From contig OX597835.1 in NCBI GenBank assembly GCA_951406725.2, positions 26,722,001-26,786,000 on the forward strand: a stretch of DNA of 64,000 nt, read 5' to 3'. Source of the DNA: Octopus vulgaris (Eukaryota). Below, piece by piece: positions 42,720 through 56,356 of the stretch; position 1 is the stretch's first letter; each line of letters opens with the position of its first letter. The notes beneath the pieces were generated by a model that was not told the DNA's origin, did no database searches, and saw nothing but the letters and a program-made list of their open reading frames with translations. Both the position numbers and the translations under genes were made by a program.

Positions 42720-44427
42720 CATACATACATATTCTAATAGTGGAGTTTCATTTTTAATTTCAATCCTGGCTCAAAAATTTATTGATTTCCATCAACATGA
42801 AACCTTGGGTTCCAGAAATTTTAACCACATAGGTACATATATAGATAGACATACAGTGACATAAATAAGCTAAGACACGCACACGTACATTTCTAAAATA
42901 CCTCTTTCATTGAAAAATACATATATCTGATCGAAAGGGTGGGAAGAAGCAAGGCAAAAAGTTTTTTTAAATATCTTGAACACCAAAGTGTGTGCATACA
43001 CACACATATATATGTATATATGTTTGTGTGTATACATATATGTGTACATATATATTTACTCACATATTTATATACATTTATATATCTTTTTCTTCTGTAT
43101 TTATTATTTGAATCTCCACCTTTTGTAAGAGCCAACTTAGGTTTCATAATTCATATTCCAAAAAGTCCTTGATGATGTGATTCTTGCCTGCTACATGATA
43201 TAATTATGATCTCATAATTATAATAATTATTTTAATGTTACGTAAGAATTACTGAAACAACCGGAGGAATGAACATTTTAAAATATCACTGATACTGTCT
43301 TCTGTTGTTCCTTTAAATACATATACATACATTTTTCTACATGTGTGTGTGTGTGTGTTTATGTGTGAGTATATATATATGTGTGTATGTATGTATGTAT
43401 GTATGTATGTATGTATGTATATGCATTAAATAATATACGAAATATGGGCAAACAAACAAACAAGGAACAAAGAAACCATATTTGCTGTCCAAAATATATT
43501 GGAATTTAAAATCATGCAGAATAATTTATTAAAGAAGAGGAAAATTCTTTGATTTCCTGATTTGTTGGGGGTTTTTTATATTTATTATTTTTTTTCCATT
43601 TTATTTTGATTTTGATTAGCTTCGTCATCAGAGAAAGGACACAGCATCTATAAACCCCTTTTTCTCAAGGGCATCCTTGTATAGTTGGAAAAAAAAAAAA
43701 ACAAGAAAGTTTTCCTTAGGGAGGAGACGTGGCACCCCCTGCCTCCTCTGTTCAAAACACCCAAGGGGCCATGTGGAGATGGTGATGGTGTTGGTGGTGG
43801 TTTTGTTGGTGTTAAACTGGGCGAAGGATGAAGTCGTTGTTGGTGGTGTTGCTTAGCCCTAGCTTAGACCTGATCCAGCTGTTGATATGATCAAAGCCAT
43901 TCCAACCTTGACCATCCTATTTTATTCTTTTTTGCATGGCTGGGAGAGATATTTTCATGTGTGGTGGTAGTGGTGGTGGTGATAGTGATGATGGCGGTGT
44001 GTTGTAGAGGTCATTTAATGGTGGTGTTGTATAGCATCTCTTGTTGCGGTATACAGACACCTGTTGTTATTCAACACCAGCATAGGCCAGGTCAGCCAGA
44101 ACTATAAATCAACAACAGTTCCAACAATGACCATCACATCTTTTAAAAGTATATAGGACTACATTATCATATGTGTCCCTTGCTTTTTTTTTTAGACAGT
44201 CATGTGAGTGCTTTGAGGGAGAATTGACTGCTATTTCTAGCAGGTTTACTGAACACATTGAGACTCCCTCGAGCGGTGCGGTGCGCTGTAGTGTGATGTA
44301 TTTGTAATAGTAGTATGTAGTGATCATCTACAGTGTTGTTGTTGTTGCTTATGAAGTAGTGGTGGTCATGTTGAGATGTACTTATTGCAGTGGTATGGAG
44401 TAATGTCATGCTCTGTTCAACAATATC

Positions 44428-44487
<60 letters not shown>

Positions 44488-44829
44488 TATGTATTTACAT
44501 ATACAGACACACACACATGTATACATACATATGTATATGTATATATATACATATATTATTGTATATATGTATTATATGTATATACATTTATAAAATATAT
44601 ATATATACATATATATACACATGTATATATTGTATCATGTATATAGATATATATGATACATATTATATATATATATATATTATATATATACATATATTTA
44701 TGTATATATATATATATATTGTATTAGATGACTATATATGTATACATATATATATAATATACATACATACATGTGTGTGTGTGTGTGTGTGTGTGCATAT
44801 ATATATGTATATATTTCTTTTAGTTTCTT

Positions 44830-45088
44830 TTTAGCTGTTTCAGTCATTTGACTGCGGCCATGCTAGAGCACTGCCTTTAGTTGGACAAATCGACCCCAGG
44901 ACTTATTCTTTCTAAGCCTAGTACTTATTTTATCGGTCTCATCTGCCAAACCGCTAGGTTATGCGGACGTAAACACACCAGCATTGGGTGCCTAGCGATG
45001 GCGGGTGGACAAGAACAGACACACAAATACATCCATCCATACATGCATATATACATGCATATATACATACATACATATATATACATAC

Positions 45089-45156
<68 letters not shown>

Positions 45157-45318
45157 CATGATGGGCTTCTTTCAGTTTCTGTCTACCAAATCCACTCACA
45201 AGGTTTTGATCAGCCCAAGGGTTTGGTAGAAGACACTTGCCCAAGGTGCCAAGCAGTGAGACTGAACATAGAACCATGTGGTTCGGAAGCAAGCTTCTTA
45301 CCACACAACCACTCCTGT
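44830..45318 (-). mobile_element. SINE family A, full length
   Basis: Matches the other copies. Confidence 0.9.
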
Positions 45319-46202
45319 ATCATATACAGATATATGGATGTACACAGAGCTGCTGTACAAGTGTTCTAGTGCCAGGCCATATTGATGATTTATTGTGGTG
45401 GTCATATGTATAGTATTAGTCATGTGGTGGTAGTGGTGGTGGTGGTGTAACACTGTGGTGCCATATTTGCTACAAAGACCAAAAAAAATTATAACATTTT
45501 ATATGTATTTATATATTAATATATTTATTTATATATTCATATTTATATATATATATATATTTATTTGTATATATATAGATTTTGTTTTACTTTATTTTTT
45601 GTTTCCTTTATATTTATTTATTTTTTTAGATTTCTTTGAGAATTTAAGGAGGCGGTAGTGGTGGTGGTGGCGGGTAGATTGGTATTTGGTGAGAGGAGGA
45701 GTAGGAATATGAACAACAGAGGAAATAAGAGGTCGATGATGAGGAAAAGGAGGAGAAGAATGGTGTGAGGTGGTAGGAGGACAAATCCTAGCAAAAAAGA
45801 AAAAGAAAAAAGCTATTAGAATTTCTTTTAGATTTAAAAAAAATTAAAGATAATAACTATTTTTCTTGTTGCTTTTACATATATATATATACACACAGAC
45901 ACATGTACATATACATGTATGGATATGTATATATATATATATATATATGATGCTTAATCCGAAATGTATAGTATTCAATATCTATCACGGTTGATTGAAC
46001 CAGTCAGTTTCGTGTAAAGAATATAATGGAGTGTTAGGTAACAATCCAATTATGTAACTTTACGCTCATCAGAGTTAGCCGATATGGAAGGGAATATGGC
46101 TACTACTCTCTACTGTCTGAGGCAGATTAGCACAACCTGTCTGTAGCATATATATATATGTATGTATATGCATATATGTATATGTGCATATATATATGTA
46201 CA

Positions 46203-46262
<60 letters not shown>

Positions 46263-47008
46263 GCACTCTTAGTAGTATTATAAGCCCAAGGACAAATCGA
46301 TGCACCGTGGGTCCTATTGTATTTATTTACCAACAATAAGTCACTGTATTCTTAGATTGGAATTGGGTCCCTAGACCCATGAGAGCCCTGGGCATTTTCT
46401 CCGCTACATATGGAGGGCACTATGCACACACACACACAAATATATATATATACATACACACACATATATGCATGCTCATACACACGCATATATGTATGTA
46501 TATATATATATGTATTTATTTATATATATACATATATATATAGAGAGAGAGAGAGAAAGAGAGAAATAAATAGATTGATGTGCCCTACCCTCATTCTACC
46601 TCACCTCATTTGTGACAAAAAAAAATGTAATAAATAGACAAGACTGGGAGACAGACAGACAGACATGCATTTACACACGCTAGGTGCTACTCCACTCCCC
46701 CATAAAACACACATCCATATTTAGATTGACTTCCGTTGGCCACCTACACTAAGATGTCCATTCATTTGCATAAATCTCATACGAAGGTATATGTGTGTAT
46801 GAGAGAGTGAGAGTGAAAGAGAGAGAGAGAGAGGAAGTGAGAGATGTTTGTTATGTACAGCCACACACACAAACACACCATAATCAGTTGCAAGATAGAC
46901 ACTTGTACGTTACAAATATGGGTACATCAATGCCTGTACATGTATGTAGGCATGTGTGTGCATATGTGTGTGAAAGTGTGTGCATGTATATTGCATGTGC
47001 ATGTGTGC

Positions 47009-47051
<43 letters not shown>

Positions 47052-47120
47052 TGAATAATTAATCAATTTATAACCGGGTTTCTGAAATGAAAATGAGTTG
47101 AACAAACAAATGAAAAGTGT

Positions 47121-47152
<32 letters not shown>

Positions 47153-47156
47153 CATG

Positions 47157-47223
<67 letters not shown>

Positions 47224-47319
47224 GTATATGTATATATATATGTGTGTGTTATGTATGTATCATAGTGTGTACATAGACATATACATACATATATACACAC
47301 ACACACATATATATATATC

Positions 47320-47354
<35 letters not shown>

Positions 47355-47556
47355 GTATATATAGTTGTGGAGGCGGGGTAGCTGATGAACGAGATTTAAA
47401 GAATTATCAAGAGTCCTGAAAAAGGGGTGTTGTAGGGATTGGCATCGGTAAGGAAAAGAGGTGGGTGGGGAGAAACAGTAAAGGGGGGGAAAGGAAAAAA
47501 AAAATATGTCAAAAGGGTTATGTACAAATCGCATCAGCGGCCAACATGTTCGATGC

Positions 47557-47671
47557 CTATTTTGCAGCTTCGACAGGAAACTCAAACGTGAACGGAGATT
47601 TTCTCGTAGCCGGTGAAGGTGGAAGCGACGGCTCATTTGACGAAGGTGGCATATCCAGTGCTTCCGATAAT
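47557..47671 (-). CDS. Terminal coding exon B of the candidate microprotein: (P)LSEALDMPPSSNEPSLPPSPATRKSPFTFEFPVEAAK*
   Basis: Acceptor TTTTACCTTTTCCCTTCCAG before 47671, TAG at 47559-47557, GT-AG intron 47672-48770. Unique sequence amid microsatellites. Confidence 0.65.
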
Positions 47672-48043
47672 CTGGAAGGGAAAAGGTAAAATGAGAGAGA
47701 CGGAGAGATAGATTGGTAGATACAGACAAAGAGCAAAGGAGGAAAAGTCATGTGATGATGATGATAATGATTTGCGTGTTTTGAGGCAATCAGTATCTTT
47801 TATTTGTTTCAGTCGTTAGACTGCAGCCATCCTGGACCACCACCTTGAGGAATTTCATTTCTCAAATTATTAACTTAATAAATATATATTTATAGACACA
47901 TTCAAACTTAAAAGGAAAAAAACAAGGATCAACATACATAAGAAAACCCATACGCACATGAACACATACAGGCACACACACATGCATACACACACACACA
48001 TACAGGCACACATACATACACACATATTAAGATAATTATATAT

Positions 48044-48102
<59 letters not shown>

Positions 48103-48311
48103 TAGATAGATAGATAGATAGATAGATTAAGATAATTATGAGTTAGAAGATATGCAACCATCTAAGGGATAAATTTATCCAGAGACACTACTGGTGCCCA
48201 AGCTATAAGGTATACAGTAGTTGGTAATTTAAAGGTAAAACCGTGGTTTAATATCTGTGTTTATTGGTCCATTTCTTTTTTTCTCTCTCTCTCTATATAT
48301 ATATATTTACA

Positions 48312-48370
<59 letters not shown>

Positions 48371-48770
48371 ATGTATATATATATATATATATATATATGC
48401 TAGAATGGGAAACTGATGCTAAAGGATAATGACGATGATGATGAGGAGGAGGAAGATAGTGATGATGATGATAGTGATGATGATGATGGTGAGGATAGTG
48501 GTGATGATGGTGGTGGTGATGCTGCTGATGATGATGATATCTATGTGTGCTTCCTTGTGTTTATGTCCCCATAACCTAGCAGTTCATCAAAAGAGACTGA
48601 TAGAAGTACCACGCTTAAAAAACACACACACAACAAAAAAAAAATAAAGAATACCAGGGCTCAATTCATTTGACAAAAAATTCTTCTTCAAGGTGGTGCT
48701 CCAGTATGGCCGCCGTCTAATAACTGAAACAACTGAAAGACAAGAATATAAAAGCCAAAAGAAAACTTAC

Positions 48771-48895
48771 GGTTGGCAGTTTGAGAAATCCTTGTCCTTC
48801 ACCTTCACGGCATCGTGTTGAGCTGCTGGGTCGATCTGTAGAGGTGTGGGTTTGCGCTGACGGTAGCGATTCTCTTGTTCCGTCGTCCCAGACAT
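48771..48895 (-). CDS. Coding part of exon A (whole exon 48771-48907) of a candidate 79-aa microprotein: MSGTTEQENRYRQRKPTPLQIDPAAQHDAVKVKDKDFSNCQ + 2 nt
   Basis: Non-repetitive, CpG-containing island. On the minus strand: acceptor TTTTTCTGTGTATATTGCAG before 48907, donor ACC|GTAAGT after 48771, ATG at 48895 in an ACAATG context. The phase-2 end joins exon B in frame. Confidence 0.65.
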
Positions 48896-49004
48896 TGTGT
48901 TCAATCCCTGCAATATACACAGAAAAATATATAGTTATGTGCATCAGATTTATATACACACATATTTATATATGTAGGTATAAATATATATTTTAAAAAT
49001 TTTA

Positions 49005-49352
49005 TTTTTTTAATTTTATCTAGTTTCAGCTCACAAGCTGTGGTCATGCTGGGGCACCGCCATTTGGTGTTGCTACATGATTTTACTTCACGAATGCATT
49101 TTAGCAATTGCCACTTGGTGCATGAGAGAGTTCGATGCAGCTGCCCTCATCTGCACCTCCTGCCGTGAAGTTGGTTCATCTGGGACACCAGACAGGAAGA
49201 GATCCAGTTTTATTTTAAAGACATCTGTATCCAACCCATTCAGGTCTCTCAGGTTCTTCGGGAGGATATTGAAGAGCTGTGGGCCTCTGAAGCCCAGGCT
49301 ATCACAGTATCTTGTCCTACATCTTGATGGCAAATTTGGAGTCCTTGGCACC
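49005..49352 (-). mobile_element. 5'-truncated LINE 3' end (CR1-like ORF2 C-terminus plus 3'UTR)
   Basis: SLGFRGPQLFNILPKNLRDL..FKIKLDLFLSGVPDEP..RAAASNSL; 3'UTR GGCGGTGCCCCAGCATGACCACAGCTTGTGAGCTGAAACTAGATAAAAT. A solo tail lies at 62631-62690 (+). Confidence 0.85.
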
Positions 49353-49699
49353 ATATATATAAACAGGTATAAAAAGACAAAAAATAAATAAGGGATCAAA
49401 TTGATTTATAACGAGTCTACATAACGGGCATGGCTGCATTGATTAGGCATAGGTGTGCAGTACAAAATTTGCTTCCCAAACACATGGTTCTGGGTTCAGG
49501 TTCCACTGTGTGGTACTTTTATTCAACATATTCCCTTCTCAGATTCACACACTTATTGCAGCGGTCCTTCATTTTTTTCTCCAACCAGGCCTTTCACGAC
49601 ACCCATAAAGCCAGCATCTTTCTCAGTACCTCCTCGTACATATATGCATATATATATATAGAGAGAGAGAGAACAAAGTGTACGTACGCCGCTATATAT

Positions 49700-50009
49700 G
49701 TATATAAAAGAATACAAAATGGGACAAGAATGCAAAACATCCAGAAGACGATACAAAAACACGGACAGGTCATTCGAAGCTGAGCAATCTCAAGATTAAT
49801 CAGCCAAAATTGCGAGGATGATCCGGTTCTTGACTGAAGATTAAAGGCTTCAAATGACCCGTCCGTGGTTTTTGTATCGTCGGCAAAGGGAAACTCAGAG
49901 TAACAGGTTTTGTTGTATTTTCTGCTGCTTTAAATAAAGCATATTACTCTACCCCTGGTATTTGGGTACTCTTTTTTTCCACCTTATTTCACATTTATGT
50001 GTTTACTCC

Positions 50010-50010
<1 letters not shown>
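49700..50010. mobile_element. PLE-terminus-like element with internal inverted repeat
   Basis: GACGATACAAAAACACGGACAGGTCATTCGAAGC pairs with GCTTCAAATGACCCGTCCGTGGTTTTTGTATCGTC. 49890-49943 matches the right arm of the 59025-59155 palindrome; a relative lies at 56130-56290. Confidence 0.6.
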
Positions 50011-50083
<73 letters not shown>

Positions 50084-50936
50084 ATGATGACAATGATGAT
50101 GATGATGATAATGATGATGATGATGATGGTGATGATTAAGATGATGATGATGACGATGATGATGATGATAATGATGATGATCATGATGATGATAGTGCGT
50201 TAGAGATTACAAAGAGGAAATATTTTGCAAAAATGTTTATCTTTTTTTATATCTTACTTTTATATCATCAATTAATGGTTTGGGGTAAAAATAAATATCC
50301 TGTGTGGTATTTGTTCCACCGAATTTAGATAATAATGTTCCCTCAGCCTTCATCATGAGAACTTCATTAAACTTGGAATTTGCTCATTAAATGCCTGTAA
50401 GCCAATTATGTTATCATTCACTAATTACAATTATAAAGCTTTCATAGAGGTGACATTCACAACAAGAATCTGGATCACCTTGGAATCAAAACCGAGATAG
50501 ACACATTAACCCTCCATGTATCTATTCATTACAGGTATTGAACTGTGGCCATGCTGGAGCACTGCTTGGAAAAATTTATCAATCAAACCTAAGACCTTGT
50601 TTTTTTAAGTCTGGCTACTTTTAAGTCGAATGGCTACTTGGACTGAATGGCTAAGTTATAAGGACATAAACAAACCCTCACCAGTTGCCAAGCAGTGGTG
50701 GGGGACAAACACACACACACACACATACATAAAAACTGGCACTAGGTCGAATATGACGATGAGGGTTGCAGTTGGACAACTCATTTTTGCCAGCAGAATG
50801 GACTGGACCAATGCGAAGAAAATATGCCTTGCTCAAGGACGCAAAGTGTCGCCAGGATTTGAACACACAAACTTATGATCATGAGCTAAACAGCTAAACC
50901 ACTAAGTCACCTGCCTTTGTACACACACACATGTAA

Positions 50937-51016
<80 letters not shown>

Positions 51017-51296
51017 ATAAATTTATATATACATAAATATATTTTATATGAATTTTATATGAATAATATTTTCTATAAATAATATATGAATAATATTTTC
51101 TATGAATAATATATAGTTTATTGACTAATTTTTCTATATGCTAGGCCACTGGTAGTAAAAATTTCTAAAATCTTTATTACCCTGATATTATTATGTATAT
51201 ATACATATATATAAATAAATACATGTATATGTGTATAAATGTATATATAAATATATGTATATATAAATGAATGTATATCTATATATATATATATGC

Positions 51297-52140
51297 AGTA
51301 CTGCGCAAAAGTCTTCAGCCACTTTAAACTATTGTAAATTTCTACTAATTGCCAACTTATAATTGGATGTTTCGCATTGTGTTTTTTACAAATGAAACAT
51401 TGGCCACTGTTGGAGTCATTTCTATACCTAATCATTATATTTTGTAGTCGGGGTTCTGAACGATTGGGGAAGATGCGAGACAACCACCAAAAATGGTTTC
51501 ACATAAACCAATCAAGATACAGTGTTTCAAAACAGAAAGACGTCTATAATGAAAATTTATTACATAATGGTCATTTCAAGATGATTGTTGATATTTTGTG
51601 TGTCTTCCCTTAGCTTGAATATTTGCTTCAATGTGCCTGGAGAGAGATGTGTACAAATCCTTCACCATCTTCACAGGTATGAGGTGCCATTCTGTGGCTG
51701 AGCTCCCACAACTCTTCTTCAAGATTGCTTGGATTCTTCTAATGAATTCTTCTCTTTAGTTCTGTCCACATTTGCTTGATGATATTTAAGTCAGGGCTCT
51801 GAGCTGACCAATCCTTCAATACGGTAACACTTTCATCAGCCAGACTCTGTTGCTTGGCACACAATCCATGGCATGGTGCTCCATCCTGCTGAAAAATCTC
51901 ATTTTCATCCAAGTCTGCTATCAAACTGTCCCTCAGCATCTGCATTTATTTGGCACCATTCAAGTTAGCCTCAATTTTCACCAACTTTCTTGAACCATCC
52001 TTTTATGTATCCCCAAAAGCATCAGACTATTACCCCTAAACTTCACTGTTTTCCTTGTGTAACATGGGGTCGTTTCACTTTCTAATAAGCAAGAATTTGT
52101 CAGAAGGCCTCCAGGAAATCAAAACGACCCCCATTGTCTT
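51297..52140 (-). mobile_element. Tc1-like transposon fossil
   Basis: FQQDGAPCH ... DWSAQSPDLNIIKQMWTELKR; terminus begins CAGTACTGCGCAAAAGT. Confidence 0.85.
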
Positions 52141-52184
52141 GCTTCTTCCCCTCTCATTCACAACCCCTACTACCAAATATAATG

Positions 52185-52468
52185 ATTGGGCCGTTGCCAG
52201 CCTCGTCTGGCTCCCGTGCCGGTGGCATGTAAAATGCATCAATCCGACCATGGCCGTTTGCCAGCCTCGTCTGGCACCTGTGCAGGTGGCACGTAAAAAG
52301 TACCCACTACACTCACAGAGTGGTTGGCGTTAGGAAGGGCATCCAGCTGTAGAAACACTGCCAGATCAGACTGGGCCTGGCACAGCCTTCTGGCTTCCCA
52401 GACCCTAGTTGAACCGTCCAACCCATGCTAGCATGGAAAACGGACGTTAAACGATGATGATGATGATA
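52185..52468 (+). mobile_element. SINE with Meta-domain-like GGCGTTAGGAAGGGCATCCAGC and a (GAT)n tail
   Basis: Second copy at 61848-61995; tail fragment at 59195-59260 (-). Confidence 0.8.
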
Positions 52469-53182
52469 TAGAAATGACTCCATAAGGGCCAATGTTTCAT
52501 CTGTAAAAAATACTTTGACTGGCTCAGGGCTATAGTAGGAGATATTCACCCAAGGTGCTGCACTGTGGAATTGAACCCGAGACCACATGGTTGATAAGGA
52601 TGCTTTTTAACCATACAGCCAATCGTGCAATTAATCTGTATATCGTTAAAGCTAATTATAGGCTGATGAATCTATAGAAAATATTGTCAAAATATCAAAT
52701 AAAATTAAAGTAAAGTCCTTGGAATTTGATCCCCAAAGAAGGGATATAAGTAACCAGGTAATTAGAAAAGATTAATTAGTTAATTAATGCTGATTGATGG
52801 AGAGATACACGGAGAGAGAACAGATTTCTAAGATTGGGAAATATGTGAGAATGTGTATGTGTGTGTGTGTGTGTGTGTATGTGTGTACGTTTGTGTGTCT
52901 GTTTGTACATGTTTGTGCGTGTGCAAGTGTGTGTATGTTTGTGTGTGTGTATGGGTATGTGTATGTGTGTGTGCAAGTGTGTGTTTGCTTGTGTGTGTGT
53001 ACGTTTGTGTGTGTGTGTATGGGTATGTGTATGTGTGTGTGTGCAAGTGTGTGTTTGTTTGTGTGTGTGTGTGTGCGTGTGTGTGTGTGTACGTTTGTGT
53101 GTGTGTGTATGGGTATGTGTATGTGTGTGTGTGCACGTTTGTGTGCGTGCAAGTGTGGGTTTGCTTGTGTGTGTGTGCATGC

Positions 53183-53220
<38 letters not shown>

Positions 53221-53546
53221 ACGTAAACGTGTGCGTGGGTGCATATGACAAATAGTAGAGAAACTGAGTGGATAACTGTGTCACAGTGGTTGAGAAGCTG
53301 CGTAAATGTTTAACAAGTTCAAACCCAATGAGAGGCAATCATTAAAAGAGGCATTAACCGATGACAACAATAGGAAGTGATTTAATGGAGCATAATGTGT
53401 GTGTGTGTGTATATACATACACATCTACGTATTTAGATATTTATAGCTATATATACATATGTGTGTGTGTGTGTGTATATATATATATACATACACAGAC
53501 ATACATACATATATATATACGTATATATATATACATATATATATAT

Positions 53547-53596
<50 letters not shown>

Positions 53597-53797
53597 AAAA
53601 TACACACATACAGAGAGAGAGAGACAGACAGAGACAGTAAGAGAGAGAGAGAGAGATACATATATCAGTATTTAAATATATACGTAAGTATATATAAATA
53701 TAAATATATGTGTATATATATGTGTGTGTGTGTGTGTATATATATATATACATACACAGACATACATACATATATATATACGTATATATATATATAT

Positions 53798-53853
<56 letters not shown>

Positions 53854-54212
53854 AGAGAGAGAGAGAGACAGACAGAGACAGAAAGAGAGAGAGAGATACA
53901 TATATCAGTATTTAAATATATATGTAAGTATATATAAATATAAATATATGTGTATATATATGTGTGTGTGTGTATGCGTACATATATAATATACACACAA
54001 ACACATGCACACACTCATTTGTGCATAGAACATAAATGTATACATTTTATATATATATGTATGTATGTATACACACACACACACACACATATATACATAC
54101 ATACATACATACATATATACATACACACATACATATATATGTATGTATATATATATGTGTAACTATATATATGTGTAAATATATATATGTGTAACATATA
54201 TATGTGTAACTA

Positions 54213-54271
<59 letters not shown>

Positions 54272-55310
54272 TGTATGTATATATATATATGTATGTATAC
54301 ATATATATATGTATATATATATTTATATATATATACATATTGTGTACCCATTAAGATAAAAAAGACTTTTGTATAACGAGGGCTTAATTAGGAAATTAAA
54401 GTGGTATTTCCTACAGATAAATTGCTGATATTTTTATTGAATGGTTAGCACTACTGCTGCTCCTGCTGCTACTACTGCTTCTGGAGGTGGTAGTGGTGGT
54501 GGGTGTGATATGTGTGTGTGTGATGGCAGTGGGTGTGATATGTGGGTGTGATGGTGGTGGGTGTGGTATGTGGGTGAGATGGTGGTGGTTGCGGTGGTGC
54601 TGGAAGTACCAAAATTACACCGTCACTCCTCCAAATGACAAACAATATGTGCTTGAGTATATGTGTGCCACTATGGCACCAGGCCATCCAAAGTCTTGTG
54701 AGGGAATTCGGCAGAGACCCACTGTATAACACACACACACACACACACATAAATATTATATATAAAGGATATTATACTCTATAATTATTTTGCCCAGATG
54801 ATTGGGGAATGTTACTGATGATGGACTGGAAGCATATCCAGGATGTATGCAGACATTTGCCTCGCATCTTCGAGGCAGAACACTATATTCTGCATGACAT
54901 TAGTTCACCTATATGCTGGGAATGTTATGAATTTAGTAAAAGTGGTGGTGGTGGCGGCGGCGGCGGTGGTGTTGGTGGTGGTGGTAGTGGTGGTGGTAGC
55001 GTTGGCGGTGAGACATCCCTCTTCTGAGACTTGGCAATGGTTTCAATGTATGTCTATTCTGCTTAGAATCAAAGAGAATTCTTGCTGAACTGTTGAAAAT
55101 GTCATTTCTTTCTTTGTCTGCTATTCCGTCAGCCAAACTACATGTGTGTGTGTCTATGTGTATATGTGAGTATGAGTGCACGCGTGTGTGTGTGTGTTTG
55201 TGTGTGTGTGTTTGTATGTGTGGGTGTGTATGCTTGTGTGTGTTGTTGTTGGTGCAAAAGTAGGTATACAGTATGTATTACACCACTGTTATAATACTTA
55301 ATTCATTAAA

Positions 55311-55890
55311 GCCGGAGAGCTGACAGAAATGGTAGCACACCATGAGAAATGCTTAGTGGTATTTTGTCTACCGCTACATTCTGAGTTCAAATTCCACCGA
55401 GGTTGACTTTGCCTTTCATCCTTTCGGGGTCAATTAAATAAGTACCAGTTATGCACTGGGCTCAATATAATCAACTTAATCTATGTGTCTGGCAGAAACG
55501 AGTGTCTGGCAAGCTGGTAGAAACATTAGCACGCCGGACGAAATGCTTTGTGGTATTTCGTCTGCTGCTATGTTCTGAGTTCAAATTCCACCTAGGTCGA
55601 CTTTGCCTTTCATCCTTCCGGGGTCGATTAAATAAGTACCAGTTACACACTGGGGTCAATATAATTGACTTAATCCGTTTGTCTGTCCTTGTTTGTCCTC
55701 TTTGTGTTTAGCCCCTTGTGAGTGGTAAAGAAAGAGGTAACTCATCTGTCTTTATGTTCTGAGTTCAAATTCCGTCAAAGTCAACTTTGCCTTTCATCCT
55801 TTCGGGGTTGATAAATTAAGTACCAGTTACACACTGGGGTCGATATAATCGACTTAATCCTTTTGTCTGTCCTTGTTTGCCCTCTCTATA
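55311..55890 (+). mobile_element. Three tandem copies of SINE family B
   Basis: TTCTGAGTTCAAATTCC...GACTTTGCCTTTCATCCTT.CGGGGT...AAGTACCAGTTA occurs three times. Confidence 0.9.
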
Positions 55891-56024
55891 TTTTGCTGGT
55901 ATATTTTAACATCTTCTCTTCTCCATTTAAAAAAAAATTGTTGGATTTCTTTCCATAAATTCACAACAAACCATATATACATACATATATATATACATAT
56001 ATATATATACATATATATATATAC

Positions 56025-56123
<99 letters not shown>

Positions 56124-56286
56124 CATACATAGCCGAAATTGTGAGGATAATCTTGTGCCTGACTGAGAATAGAGGGCTTCAAATGACCTGTCCTTGTTTT
56201 CTTTGTATCGTCTATCTGGATGTTTTGTTGTCCCTTTTTGTAACACCTAGCTGTCAGGATGTTTTGTGTTCTTTTCCCCATTTTGT

Positions 56287-56356
<70 letters not shown>

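Noticed and set aside
47465-47689. Plus-strand 74-aa ORF overlapping exon B
   Set aside because: Non-ATG start; splice signals and frame continuity favour the minus-strand reading.
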